64,000 nt of DNA, from contig JBMHBX010000067.1 in the NCBI GenBank assembly GCA_049890215.1, forward strand, positions 116-64,115, in the 5' to 3' direction. The DNA is from Candidatus Puniceispirillaceae bacterium (GTDB lineage: Bacteria; Pseudomonadota; Alphaproteobacteria; Puniceispirillales; Puniceispirillaceae). Shown here in pieces: positions 49,250 through 58,001 of this stretch. The first letter of the stretch is position 1, and each line of letters starts with the position of its first letter. The position numbers and the translations under genes were made by a program. The notes beneath the pieces were generated by a model. That model made no database searches. It was not told the origin of the DNA and saw only the letters and a list, made by a program, of their open reading frames with translations.

Positions 49250-49555
49250 TTAGTCACTTTGGTCTGTTGTTAATTCAAATGAGCCATCACGAAACGGGAT
49301 GGCCTCTAGCGGCAATACGCGATCGGTTGAAATAGGCTGAAGGGATAATAAATCCGAAGATAAGGTCAAAACGCGTTCCGGGCGCGAGAGATAAGACCAT
49401 TCTGCATTCAAAATCGCAGCTTGTTGATTTTCATGTTTAATCTGGGCATCAAGGCGCGCTAGCTCATCGCGCCTGCTATCATACTCACTTGTTGTGATGT
49501 AAAGTGCAGAGCCTGAGATGACCAAGATAACAGCGATGAATAAAATGGTTCGCAT
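49250..49555 (-). CDS. ftsL: Cell division protein FtsL
   Basis: It is 101 aa with a single TM segment followed by a coiled coil. It occupies the canonical slot between rsmH and ftsI. Confidence 0.7.
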   Translation of the reverse strand: MRTILFIAVILVISGSALYITTSEYDSRRDELARLDAQIKHENQQAAILNAEWSYLSRPERVLTLSSDLLSLQPISTDRVLPLEAIPFRDGSFELTTDQSD

Positions 49556-49566
49556 AGTGATACCTC

Positions 49567-50526
49567 CTATGTGACGTCATTTTCAGCCACACGTATTGCG
49601 GCGCGTAATTTGGCAGAGCGTGAGCGTGGATTAGAGTCAATTTCAGCCTCTGAAGGCAAAACAGGCTTGCGTGTCACAACAGAAAAATAAATCACCGCTG
49701 CCTCGGTTTCCGGCAAATGACGGGACGGGCGCGCAACCTTGCCGCTGCGGTTTGCAAAAAAGCGTTTCACAATCCTGTCTTCAAGAGAATGGAAGGTGAC
49801 CACAACAAGCCGCCCTCCCGGTTTTAGCATCATCTGCGCTGCCTCAAGGGCGTCTTCGATTTCTGTGATTTCCTGATTGACATAAATGCGCAACGCCTGA
49901 AAAGAACGTGTGGCAGAATCAGACTGCCCCGGTTTTGGGCGCGGCATAACAGAATGAATGATCTCTGCTAATTGCAGGGTTCTTGTGATGGGGCCATTGC
50001 TTCTTGCTTTGACAATCGCTCTTGCAATCCGCCGCGACGCACGCTCATCCCCATAATGATACAGAATATCGGCCAAATCAGATTCTGAGGCATGATTAAC
50101 AACCTCAGCGGCATCTCTGCCATCCTGAGACATGCGCATATCAAGTGGCCCGTCTTTTTGGAACGAGAAACCGCGCTCTGGCTGGTCAAGCTGTGTTGAA
50201 CATACGCCAAGATCAAAGACAATGCCATCAAGGCTCTGTTTTGCAGGCCTCTCACTATGGATTGCCTGCAACTCTGCCATTTGTGAAAAACGGCCATGGG
50301 CAAGCGTAAATCGCGGCGCGAAAGAACGCACTAATGACTGGCCGCGTGCAATCGCCTCCGGATCCTGATCAATGGCCATCAGATGGCAATTCGCAGCTGA
50401 TAAAATCGCACGGCTATAGCCGCCATTGCCAAAAGTGGCGTCTATATAACGCCCGCCATCTGTTGGTGCGAGGGTGTCGATGACCTCATCAAGCATAACA
50501 GGTTGATGCAGGTTCGCCTGGCTCAT
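49567..50526 (-). CDS. rsmH: 16S rRNA (cytosine1402-N4)-methyltransferase RsmH (MraW)
   Basis: Motifs HQPVML, DATFGNGGYS and DLGVCSTQLD are present. Confidence 0.95.
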   Translation of the reverse strand: MSQANLHQPVMLDEVIDTLAPTDGGRYIDATFGNGGYSRAILSAANCHLMAIDQDPEAIARGQSLVRSFAPRFTLAHGRFSQMAELQAIHSERPAKQSLDGIVFDLGVCSTQLDQPERGFSFQKDGPLDMRMSQDGRDAAEVVNHASESDLADILYHYGDERASRRIARAIVKARSNGPITRTLQLAEIIHSVMPRPKPGQSDSATRSFQALRIYVNQEITEIEDALEAAQMMLKPGGRLVVVTFHSLEDRIVKRFFANRSGKVARPSRHLPETEAAVIYFSVVTRKPVLPSEAEIDSNPRSRSAKLRAAIRVAENDVT

Positions 50527-51029
50527 TACGAGCCTCCGTCTGTTGATGTGGCCTTGTTATTTAAGGTTAATTTTGGAAGGCCGTTTGATTTTGCATTTGC
50601 CCTTGCTGCCTCTTCTCTTTTTCGGAAGACATCAGGGTGCCATATCTGAAAAGAGCGGCCAATGCCGGCAAATAAAGCTGTCTCGCCAAGCCCTGCAAAG
50701 GCAATAAAGTCAGCTGACAACATAATGCGACCTTCACTGTCAAGGCGCATTTCCTGTGCGCTTGATAACATGGTCGTCAAAGTCGCCACCTCTTCAGACA
50801 GGCTGTCCATGGTATCAATGGCATCTACAATTTGTGAAATCCTCTCAGGGCCGCACCCTTCAACACAAGGTAAGACCAGAGATTTATATAAAAATAAAGC
50901 GGCGTGATTTGCTTCTAGGGTCGCACGAAACGGGGCAGGCACTGATATGCGCCCTTTGCGATCTATGCGATTTTCAAATGTGGATAAAAATAAAGCCACA
51001 CCATTATCCCTATTTTGGTCTGCGATCAC
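50526..51029 (-). CDS. mraZ: Transcriptional regulator MraZ
   Basis: It has two SpoVT/AbrB-like repeats with DRKGRISVP and DSEGRIML, and is the first gene of the dcw cluster. Confidence 0.9.
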   Translation of the reverse strand: MIADQNRDNGVALFLSTFENRIDRKGRISVPAPFRATLEANHAALFLYKSLVLPCVEGCGPERISQIVDAIDTMDSLSEEVATLTTMLSSAQEMRLDSEGRIMLSADFIAFAGLGETALFAGIGRSFQIWHPDVFRKREEAARANAKSNGLPKLTLNNKATSTDGGS

Positions 51030-51167
51030 ATCTGATTGGATGCAATGGCTGACATTGCTACATCACCCGATAAAATATCTAACACATTGATTTTTATATA
51101 TTTATTCAAAAAATCTTAGGCATTATACCTTATGAAAAAAGGCGGTTTGCCCCTGTTAGTGTCATTT

Positions 51168-51212
51168 ATGGGTTCTTATGGGATATCATGGGTAATATTG
51201 GTGGTCAATGGG
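51168..51212. promoter_or_regulatory. Phased ATGGG direct-repeat array (candidate MraZ operator) upstream of mraZ
   Basis: ATGGG occurs at 51168, 51178, 51188 and 51208, with a degenerate TTGGT at 51198, so the period is exactly 10 bp. A - strand TATAAT lies at 51122-51127. Confidence 0.5.
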
Positions 51213-51244
51213 AAATGACTATTATGCCATGGAAAAATTGAGAA

Positions 51245-51283
51245 AAATCAATGCTTTATAAAGTATAATATTAGCATTGATTT
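51245..51283 (-). terminator. 11-bp inverted repeat downstream of rnpB (candidate terminator insulating rnpB from the mraZ promoter)
   Basis: AAATCAATGCT-N17-AGCATTGATTT. Read on the - strand, the second arm runs into TTTTTCTCAATTTTT. Confidence 0.4.
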
Positions 51284-51365
51284 GTAACCTCTTGCATTAG
51301 TTGAAAAAAACAAAAATTGTTCATGAAATGTTCTGAGTTATTGCGCAAAAACAGGGAAAGAAAGA

Positions 51366-51750
<385 letters not shown>

Positions 51751-51798
51751 GTGGATTGTTATGGCCTGTGGCAATGATTAGGTCAAGTCGTCAGCCTG

Positions 51799-53628
51799 TT
51801 ACTCAGATTTCCCTGCCTCAATCTCTTCTTTTTTCATTTCAGCAGCAAGCCATGCCTCTTCTTTTTCAGATAGCAGCTTTTTGTCTGATTCAACCTCTGC
51901 CGCGCATGTCTGATAGGCTTGCGGGTCTGATTGGAAAAAATTCATATCAGCCAGTTGTATTTCTGCTTGCTTGATACGCTCTTCTATTGCGGCAATTTCT
52001 TTGGGCAATGTCTCAAGCGCATGAACATCTTTGTAAGACAACCTGTCCGAACGTGGTGATTTTGGTTTCTCTTTGGCAGGGGCTTTCCTGGACTTTCCCT
52101 TTTGGTTGTCGCCCTGTTTTTGAGGTCCGCGCCGCGCCAGATAGTCATGATAGCCACCTGCATGAGGTATGATTTTGCCATACCCTTCAAACGCAAGAAC
52201 TGAAGTGACAGTACGCTCCAGAAAATCTCTGTCATGGCTGACAATCATAATGGTGCCGTCATATTCAGCAACCACCTCTTGCAACAGATCAATGGTCTCT
52301 ATATCCAGATCATTTGTTGGCTCATCAAGCACAAGAAAATTATGAGGCTGGGCAAAAATTTTGGCAAGCAACAGGCGGTTTTGCTCGCCTCCTGATAAGG
52401 TTGATACTTTTTGAGTCATTTTATGGTCGTCAAACAGGAAATCACGCAAATAGCTTGTCACATGTTTTGTCTTACCTGCCACTTCCACAGTATCACCGCC
52501 ATCAGGGCATAAAACACGCCATGGCGAGCTGTCTTGAGTCAAAGCCTCGCGCGATTGATCAAAATAGGCTGGCAACAGGCCAAATCCTTGTTTTACATGG
52601 CCACCATCTGGTTTTGTTTCCTGCAATAGGGCGCGCACCAGAGATGATTTACCAACCCCGTTCGGGCCAATCACGCCAATGCGATCGCCGCGTCTGATAC
52701 GAGCATGAAAATGACTGACAAGCGGCCTTTGCCCTTGCGGTGTATCAACGCTTATTGTGACATCTTTGGCTTCCAGAACCACCTGACCGCCGCCTTCTGC
52801 CGGTCCTGTCACCATTGACATGGATCTGGCAGCGATACCGCCTTGCCTTGCGCGTTCAACACGCAGATTGGCAAGTTCGCGAAGGCGGCCCTGATTGCGC
52901 TTTCGTCTGGCTGAAATGCCCTGATGAGACCATCTTGTTTCTTCTGCAATTTTCTTATCAAGTTTGGCAAGCCTGACAGCTTCTTCTTGTTCTATGCCTT
53001 CAGACCAGTCTTCAAATTCATCAAAAACACCTTGCCTTGTGCGTAATTTGCCTTGTGAGATCCAGATAATCCCATTACCAAGCGCCCGCAAAAACGCACG
53101 ATCATGCGAGATAAGAACAAGCGCGCCCTGACGTTCTCTTAACAGGCCTTCCAGCCATTCAATCGTGGGAAGATCCAGATGGTTGGTTGGCTCATCAAGT
53201 AATAAGACTTCAGGATTTGTGACAAGCGCTTTGGCAAGAGAGGCGCGCCTTGCCTCACCCCCTGACAGCCCGTCTGTCAGGCGTGAGGGGTCCATGCCCA
53301 TTTTTTGCAATAATGCCTCAGCTCTGTAAATTTCATGACTATCATCAAGCCCCTCTGCAACATAAGAGGCAAGCGTCATGACCCCCTTTATTTTTGGCGC
53401 TTGGGGCAGATAGGCAATATTGGTATGAGGCGAGACCCATCTTGTGCCCTCATCTGCTTCAGCCGTTCCTGTGATGAGCTTCATTAAAGTGGATTTGCCT
53501 GCCCCGTTTCGGCCAACCAATGCAAGCCTGTCACCGCTATGGATTGATAAATCAACATGCCGCAACAGCCATCTGTCACCCAGATTGACGCCAACATCAC
53601 TCAAAGTAAGCAAAGGGGGTGGTGCCAT
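51799..53628 (-). CDS. ABC-F family ATPase (Uup-like)
   Basis: There are two ABC cassettes (GRNGAGKST/LSGGEARR and GPNGVGKSS/LSGGEQNR), no TM domain and a Lys-rich, coiled-coil C-terminal tail. Confidence 0.9.
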   Translation of the reverse strand: MAPPPLLTLSDVGVNLGDRWLLRHVDLSIHSGDRLALVGRNGAGKSTLMKLITGTAEADEGTRWVSPHTNIAYLPQAPKIKGVMTLASYVAEGLDDSHEIYRAEALLQKMGMDPSRLTDGLSGGEARRASLAKALVTNPEVLLLDEPTNHLDLPTIEWLEGLLRERQGALVLISHDRAFLRALGNGIIWISQGKLRTRQGVFDEFEDWSEGIEQEEAVRLAKLDKKIAEETRWSHQGISARRKRNQGRLRELANLRVERARQGGIAARSMSMVTGPAEGGGQVVLEAKDVTISVDTPQGQRPLVSHFHARIRRGDRIGVIGPNGVGKSSLVRALLQETKPDGGHVKQGFGLLPAYFDQSREALTQDSSPWRVLCPDGGDTVEVAGKTKHVTSYLRDFLFDDHKMTQKVSTLSGGEQNRLLLAKIFAQPHNFLVLDEPTNDLDIETIDLLQEVVAEYDGTIMIVSHDRDFLERTVTSVLAFEGYGKIIPHAGGYHDYLARRGPQKQGDNQKGKSRKAPAKEKPKSPRSDRLSYKDVHALETLPKEIAAIEERIKQAEIQLADMNFFQSDPQAYQTCAAEVESDKKLLSEKEEAWLAAEMKKEEIEAGKSE

Positions 53629-53631
53629 TAT

Positions 53632-54360
53632 CTATCCTGTTTGTGCCTGAATTTGGCTGCGCATCAGCTCATAGGCTCTGTTAATACGTGCTAGCCTGTC
53701 TGTAGCAGACTCAATAAATTCTGACGGCATACCTTTGGCAATAAGCTGATCAGGGTGATGGTCTTTGACAAGCTGCATCCACGCTGCCCGCACCTCTGCC
53801 AGAGACGCATCCCGTTTTATGCCCAAAATTTGATGCGGCATGGCGTCATCATGGGCATAGATTTCTGTAAAACGTGCAAAGTCAGCCTCATCATATCCAA
53901 AAATAAGAGCGACTTCAGTTAAGTAATCCCATTCAGGCTCTGTGATATCACCATCTGCTTTGGCAATGCAGAACAGCAAATCAAGCAATTGTTCCAAAAT
54001 GGCAGCGCGCTCACCAAATAAAGCAACTGTTTGTTTGGCATAGGCTTGGAACCCATCTTGTGTTTGTCTGGCTAAATCCCAGAATTTTGCGACTTGTTTG
54101 ATATCTTTTTCAGGAATATGAACACGCGCCCGAAATGCCTGAATTTCAGCTTTGGTCACCACGCCATCTGTTCGCGCCATTTTGGCAGATAAAGCTATTA
54201 CAGCCACGGTAAAGGCCACATTGCGCGTTTGTTCAGGGGCGATCACCTGTTTCAGGCCACGTTCTGCGACATGGCCTGCTGCTGCGCCAAGCAAAGCGCC
54301 TATCGGGCCTCCCATCGCGAATCCCGCAGCGCCCCCTATGATGATTCCCCAAATTGTCAT
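53632..54360 (-). CDS. djlA: DjlA-like membrane co-chaperone (TM + TerB-like domain + C-terminal J domain)
   Basis: It has a Gly-rich N-terminal TM segment and a C-terminal J domain, ILGIKRDASLAEVRAAWMQLVKDHHPDQ, which contains the HPD motif. Confidence 0.7.
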   Translation of the reverse strand: MTIWGIIIGGAAGFAMGGPIGALLGAAAGHVAERGLKQVIAPEQTRNVAFTVAVIALSAKMARTDGVVTKAEIQAFRARVHIPEKDIKQVAKFWDLARQTQDGFQAYAKQTVALFGERAAILEQLLDLLFCIAKADGDITEPEWDYLTEVALIFGYDEADFARFTEIYAHDDAMPHQILGIKRDASLAEVRAAWMQLVKDHHPDQLIAKGMPSEFIESATDRLARINRAYELMRSQIQAQTG

Positions 54361-54498
54361 GCCTATATGTAGCCTTTCACCTCATGATAAAGCAAGTTGC
54401 CTTCTGTGTGATATTTGTTATTTATGGCAGAATAATGATGGTCATCAGACAAGCTGGTGTGATGAAAACACTTAACAAAGCAACAGCAAGGACAGAGC

Positions 54499-54756
54499 AT
54501 GACTGAGCGCAAAGAGCCGGATGAGACTGACAAAGTATTATGTTTTGATTTTACCGGATTAAAATGCCCTTTGCCTGTACTAAAAGCGCGCAGGGCTTTA
54601 TCAGATGCTCTACCGGGGGCGGTCATTGAAGTGGTCGCAGATGACCCCGCCGCCCCTTTGGATTTTGCGCATTTCTGCGAGACCGCAGGCCATAAGCTTT
54701 TGTCTGTCAAAGAGCAGGGACCACAATTTCATTTCAGGATTCAAAAGCAGGGTTAA
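54499..54756 (+). CDS. TusA/SirA-family sulfur-carrier-like protein
   Basis: It is 85 aa and carries the conserved LKCPLPVLKARRAL motif (CPxP cysteine). Confidence 0.8.
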   Translation: MTERKEPDETDKVLCFDFTGLKCPLPVLKARRALSDALPGAVIEVVADDPAAPLDFAHFCETAGHKLLSVKEQGPQFHFRIQKQG

Positions 54757-55111
54757 TCGCCACTAGCAAAGCCTGATGGTGGCTTTTACGTGATAACTTG
54801 TCTGGCAGTGGATGACCGCCCGATAGCGCGTCAAAAAAGCCCGGGGCGGGGATGTTTGTAACTTTTGATACCACAAGCGCCGCTCTGACAGGCTGTTTGG
54901 CAGTGATGTCTTCTTTGATTAACGCTTCTAAAAATAATGTCAGCTTATGAATGCGATGCGGCGCCGGTATTCCGGCAGATAAGGCAAGCTCATGATAGGT
55001 GATAAGCTGTGCTGTCTGTGCCAACACTGCCAGACTCATGATAATTTTTGTTTGCCAGATTTCTCTATCTTGAGGTGTTTTTGTTGGCTTGTTTATGTTA
55101 TGGGTGGTCAT
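54734..55111 (-). CDS. Hypothetical protein, possibly a degenerate MGMT/ATL-like winged-helix domain
   Basis: ITYHELALSAGIPAPHRIHKL...QPVRAALVVSK loosely parallels the MGMT DNA-binding domain pattern (TYGELA..G.P...R.VG...PCHRVV), but the PCHR/PWHR site is absent. The start is uncertain. Confidence 0.35.
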   Translation of the reverse strand: MTTHNINKPTKTPQDREIWQTKIIMSLAVLAQTAQLITYHELALSAGIPAPHRIHKLTLFLEALIKEDITAKQPVRAALVVSKVTNIPAPGFFDALSGGHPLPDKLSRKSHHQALLVAINPAFES

Positions 55112-55178
55112 ATTATTTTACAAGGGCATGAGGACGAGTTTGCCAATTGGCCTGTCTTATTTGTGTGACATTCATTAT

Positions 55179-55874
55179 ATGATGATATTGCGATCTTTAT
55201 TATTTAACATCTTTTTTTACGCTGGCACTGTGTTTATCGCTGTTGGTTTGTCACCTTTGTTGCTTTTGCCACGACCTGTTGCGATCGCACTAGGCAGATT
55301 TTGGGGATATTACACCAATTTATGCCTTAGAATATTTGTCGGGATCAGCCATGAAATGCGCGGCGATATGCATCTGTCACGGCAGGTGATTTATGCGGCA
55401 AAGCACCAGTCAGCCTGGGAGACGATGACTCTTTGCTGGCGCTTAAATGGTCCTGTTATCATTTTGAAAAAAGAATTGTCCAGACTGCCTTTTGTGGGGT
55501 GGTTTATGTTGCGCTCAGGGGCAATCGCGGTTGACAGAAAAGCAGGCATGAAAGCCTTAAAATCATTACGAAAAGAGGCGATAAGCGCCCAAAAATCAGG
55601 GCGTTCTCTGCAAATTTATCCGCAAGGCACCAGAGTGCAACCAGGCCAAAGCGCTGATTATCAGGTCGGTATATATGCGATTTATGATGCCACAAATTTG
55701 CCTGTTATTCCGATTGCACTCAATTCAGGTCATTATTGGGGGCCGCGTGCCTTTTTGAAAAAACCTGGCACGATAGCCGTCTCTTTTTTGCCGGAGATTG
55801 AACCGGGTCTCTCAAGAAAAGAGTTTATGTCACGTCTTGAAAACGCAATTGAAACAGAGATGGCGCGCTTGTAA
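55179..55874 (+). CDS. Lysophospholipid (1-acyl-sn-glycerol-3-phosphate) acyltransferase family protein
   Basis: It has an HX4D/E-type motif (KHQSAWE), an IYPQGTR motif and an N-terminal TM segment. The start was trimmed to MMILRS. Confidence 0.75.
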   Translation: MMILRSLLFNIFFYAGTVFIAVGLSPLLLLPRPVAIALGRFWGYYTNLCLRIFVGISHEMRGDMHLSRQVIYAAKHQSAWETMTLCWRLNGPVIILKKELSRLPFVGWFMLRSGAIAVDRKAGMKALKSLRKEAISAQKSGRSLQIYPQGTRVQPGQSADYQVGIYAIYDATNLPVIPIALNSGHYWGPRAFLKKPGTIAVSFLPEIEPGLSRKEFMSRLENAIETEMARL

Positions 55875-55901
55875 CGCTCAGCCTTCGTTGGCACCGTCAT
55901 C

Positions 55902-56324
55902 TTGAAAAAAACCAAAAAGGACAGAAAAATGGATGGAGAATCTTTTCATCACGAACGCCAATATAATGTGCTTGGCTCTGTATTGATTAGCTGTTCCACA
56001 AGCCCCATGACAGGGTTTTATCGCGATGGTTGCTGTGCGACCGGCCCGGAAGACAGAGGACTCCATACAGTTTGCGCTCTGATGGATGAGGCATTTTTGC
56101 AATTTTCAAAACAAGCAGGAAATGATCTTATCACGCCGCGCCCTGAATTTGGGTTTGCAGGGTTAAAGCCCGGTGATTACTGGTGTTTATGCGCCGGCAG
56201 ATGGGAAGAGGCACGACAGGCAGGCAAAGCGCCGCGCCTCAGATTGGCAGCGACAAATCGTGTAACACTTGCGATCATCCCTCTGGAGATTCTGGAGTCT
56301 TACGCAATCGACAAGCCAGTGTAA
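55902..56324 (+). CDS. DUF2237 family protein
   Basis: NVLGS...C.TSPMTGFYRDGCC.TGPEDRGLHTVCA...GNDL...PGDYWCLCAGRWEEA matches my recollection of the DUF2237 Cys-rich pattern. Confidence 0.75.
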   Translation: MKKTKKDRKMDGESFHHERQYNVLGSVLISCSTSPMTGFYRDGCCATGPEDRGLHTVCALMDEAFLQFSKQAGNDLITPRPEFGFAGLKPGDYWCLCAGRWEEARQAGKAPRLRLAATNRVTLAIIPLEILESYAIDKPV

Positions 56325-56375
56325 GGCCAATGCCCCCCATTAGGATATTTTAGTTTTTTATGTTACATTAACCCT

Positions 56376-56537
56376 ATGGTCGGGGGAAAACAGATGGTTG
56401 TGTAAAATCACGCGACCGGAATGATGGAAAAAAGGGTGTCCCTCAGCGAGTTGGGACCGGCTAGGATACTCAACTAAGGGACATGACCTTCTACGCCATG
56501 ATCACGAAAGTGGTTTTCTTCCGATCATGTTTTTTTA
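56376..56537 (+). ncRNA. Candidate structured sRNA or long structured 3' UTR of the DUF2237 gene
   Basis: A weak promoter-like TTAGGA-N18-TACATT lies at 56340-56369. There is a hairpin GTCCCT...AGGGAC at 56438-56482. A long-range 11-bp pairing joins CGGGGGAAAAC (56381-56391) to GTTTTCTTCCG (56513-56523). The region ends at a terminator with T7, and no + strand gene lies downstream. Confidence 0.3.
56497..56537 (+). terminator. Rho-independent-like terminator (+ strand)
   Basis: A 7-bp stem CATGATC/GATCATG encloses a 19-nt loop and is followed by TTTTTTT. The T-run is on the + strand only. Confidence 0.45.
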
Positions 56538-56594
56538 TCGCTTTCCATCATATGAGATATCCTGCAAGGCTGATAGCGGTCAGTTGCCTTGCTT

Positions 56595-57794
56595 TTACGC
56601 CTGTAACGCTGTCATGATTCCGCGCAATTCTGCCAATCCGCGAAGCCTGCCAATCAGAGGATATCCCGGGTTGGACTGCCTGTTAAAATCTGACAATAAG
56701 CGGTGACCATGATCTGGTCTCATTGGTATTTGATGATCATGGCGTCCTGCCTGTTTGCGCTTTTGTTCTTCTTCTAACAACGCTTTGATGACCGCTACCA
56801 TATCTGTGTCACCACCAAGATGTTCTGATTCAAAAAAGCTATGACGAACGCCATCTTTAGGATCATGTCTTTTGGTGTTTCTCAGATGGACAAAATGGAT
56901 ATGCGTGCCCAGTGTTTTTATGAAATCGAGAGGATCAAAATCAGGATCAACACCAAGAGAGCCGGTGCAAAAGGTAATGCCATTCGCCTTGATATTCACC
57001 TGTTCCATCACATAATGATAATCTGACTGACAGGACATTATGCGCGGCAGGCCAAGCAGGGGAAAGGGCGGATCATCAGGATGACAACAAAGGCGCAGCC
57101 CCAATTTGTCAGCGACAGGGGCAACTTCTGATAAAAAATCTATCAAATTTTGCCGCAATTGCTCAGATGTCATTCCATCATAAACAGACAGATGCCTGCG
57201 CACATCGTCCAAAGTCCAATTGTCATTTGCACCAGGCAATCCGGCAACAATATTTTGCGCAAGGTGCCTTTTTTGCGCATCATCCATCTTGCGATAACGG
57301 GTCTTTGCCATCTCATAATTATCTGATTCATAATCATCGGCCGCACCCTGCCTTTGCAGGATAAAACAATCAAAGACCGCAAAATCAATAATATCAAAAA
57401 ACATAGCCTCACCGCCATTGGCAACCGGCCCGGACAAGGTGGTTCTTGTCCAGTCCAGAACTGGCATGAAATTATAACAAATCACATCCAGTCCACAGGC
57501 CGCCAGATTCTCAAGACTTTGTTTGTAAGCAGCGATATGGGCTTTGAAATCAGTGTCTTTGCGCTTGATGGATTCAGATACAGGAAGGCTTTCTACCACA
57601 TCCCATTTAAGGCCTGTCTGTTTGCCGTTTTCAAAGGCGATCTCTGCCTGCCTTTTTTTGATATCATCTATAGGCCAGATGGCACCCGGGCGGTGTTGAT
57701 GCAGGGCGCTTACAATGCCTTGTGCGCCGGTTTGTCTTATCTCATCTATTGAGATGTTATCCTGTGGCCCAAACCATCGCCATGTTTGTTTCAT
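56595..57794 (-). CDS. uxuA: Mannonate dehydratase UxuA
   Basis: It has the canonical N-terminus MKQTWRWFGP. I trimmed the ORF start to this Met. The length of about 399 aa fits. Confidence 0.9.
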   Translation of the reverse strand: MKQTWRWFGPQDNISIDEIRQTGAQGIVSALHQHRPGAIWPIDDIKKRQAEIAFENGKQTGLKWDVVESLPVSESIKRKDTDFKAHIAAYKQSLENLAACGLDVICYNFMPVLDWTRTTLSGPVANGGEAMFFDIIDFAVFDCFILQRQGAADDYESDNYEMAKTRYRKMDDAQKRHLAQNIVAGLPGANDNWTLDDVRRHLSVYDGMTSEQLRQNLIDFLSEVAPVADKLGLRLCCHPDDPPFPLLGLPRIMSCQSDYHYVMEQVNIKANGITFCTGSLGVDPDFDPLDFIKTLGTHIHFVHLRNTKRHDPKDGVRHSFFESEHLGGDTDMVAVIKALLEEEQKRKQAGRHDHQIPMRPDHGHRLLSDFNRQSNPGYPLIGRLRGLAELRGIMTALQA

Positions 57795-58001
57795 GCTTCT
57801 TTCCTTATCAAACGCCCTGTCTGTGAAAAGCCAAACGAACAAAAATCTAGTCATGTTCTCGCTAACAAGTCAAATCTCATGCACGTCAAATGCCATCGGG
57901 GGCATAAGCTTGCCCTATGTGATGGTTTGGGTCATGCTATGGCTCTGATCAAAATGTTCAGTCCTTATTTTTGCGCAACATAAAGAGGCCTAAAAACCAT
58001 C

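Noticed and set aside
54363-54710. A 115-aa - strand ORF opposite the TusA-like gene.
   Set aside because: It overlaps a small gene with a clear CPxP TusA motif. The translation has no motifs, and it would leave no promoter space for djlA.
56340-56537. Whether the structured intergenic element is a known housekeeping RNA (tmRNA, SRP/4.5S RNA, 6S RNA) or a common riboswitch class.
   Set aside because: It has no T-loop GGTTCGA or alanine acceptor features, no SRP domain IV GGAAGCAGCC-type motif, and none of the conserved cores I can recall for the TPP, SAM-II, glycine, fluoride, ZTP or guanidine classes. It also has no downstream + strand gene to regulate. It is kept only as an unclassified candidate.
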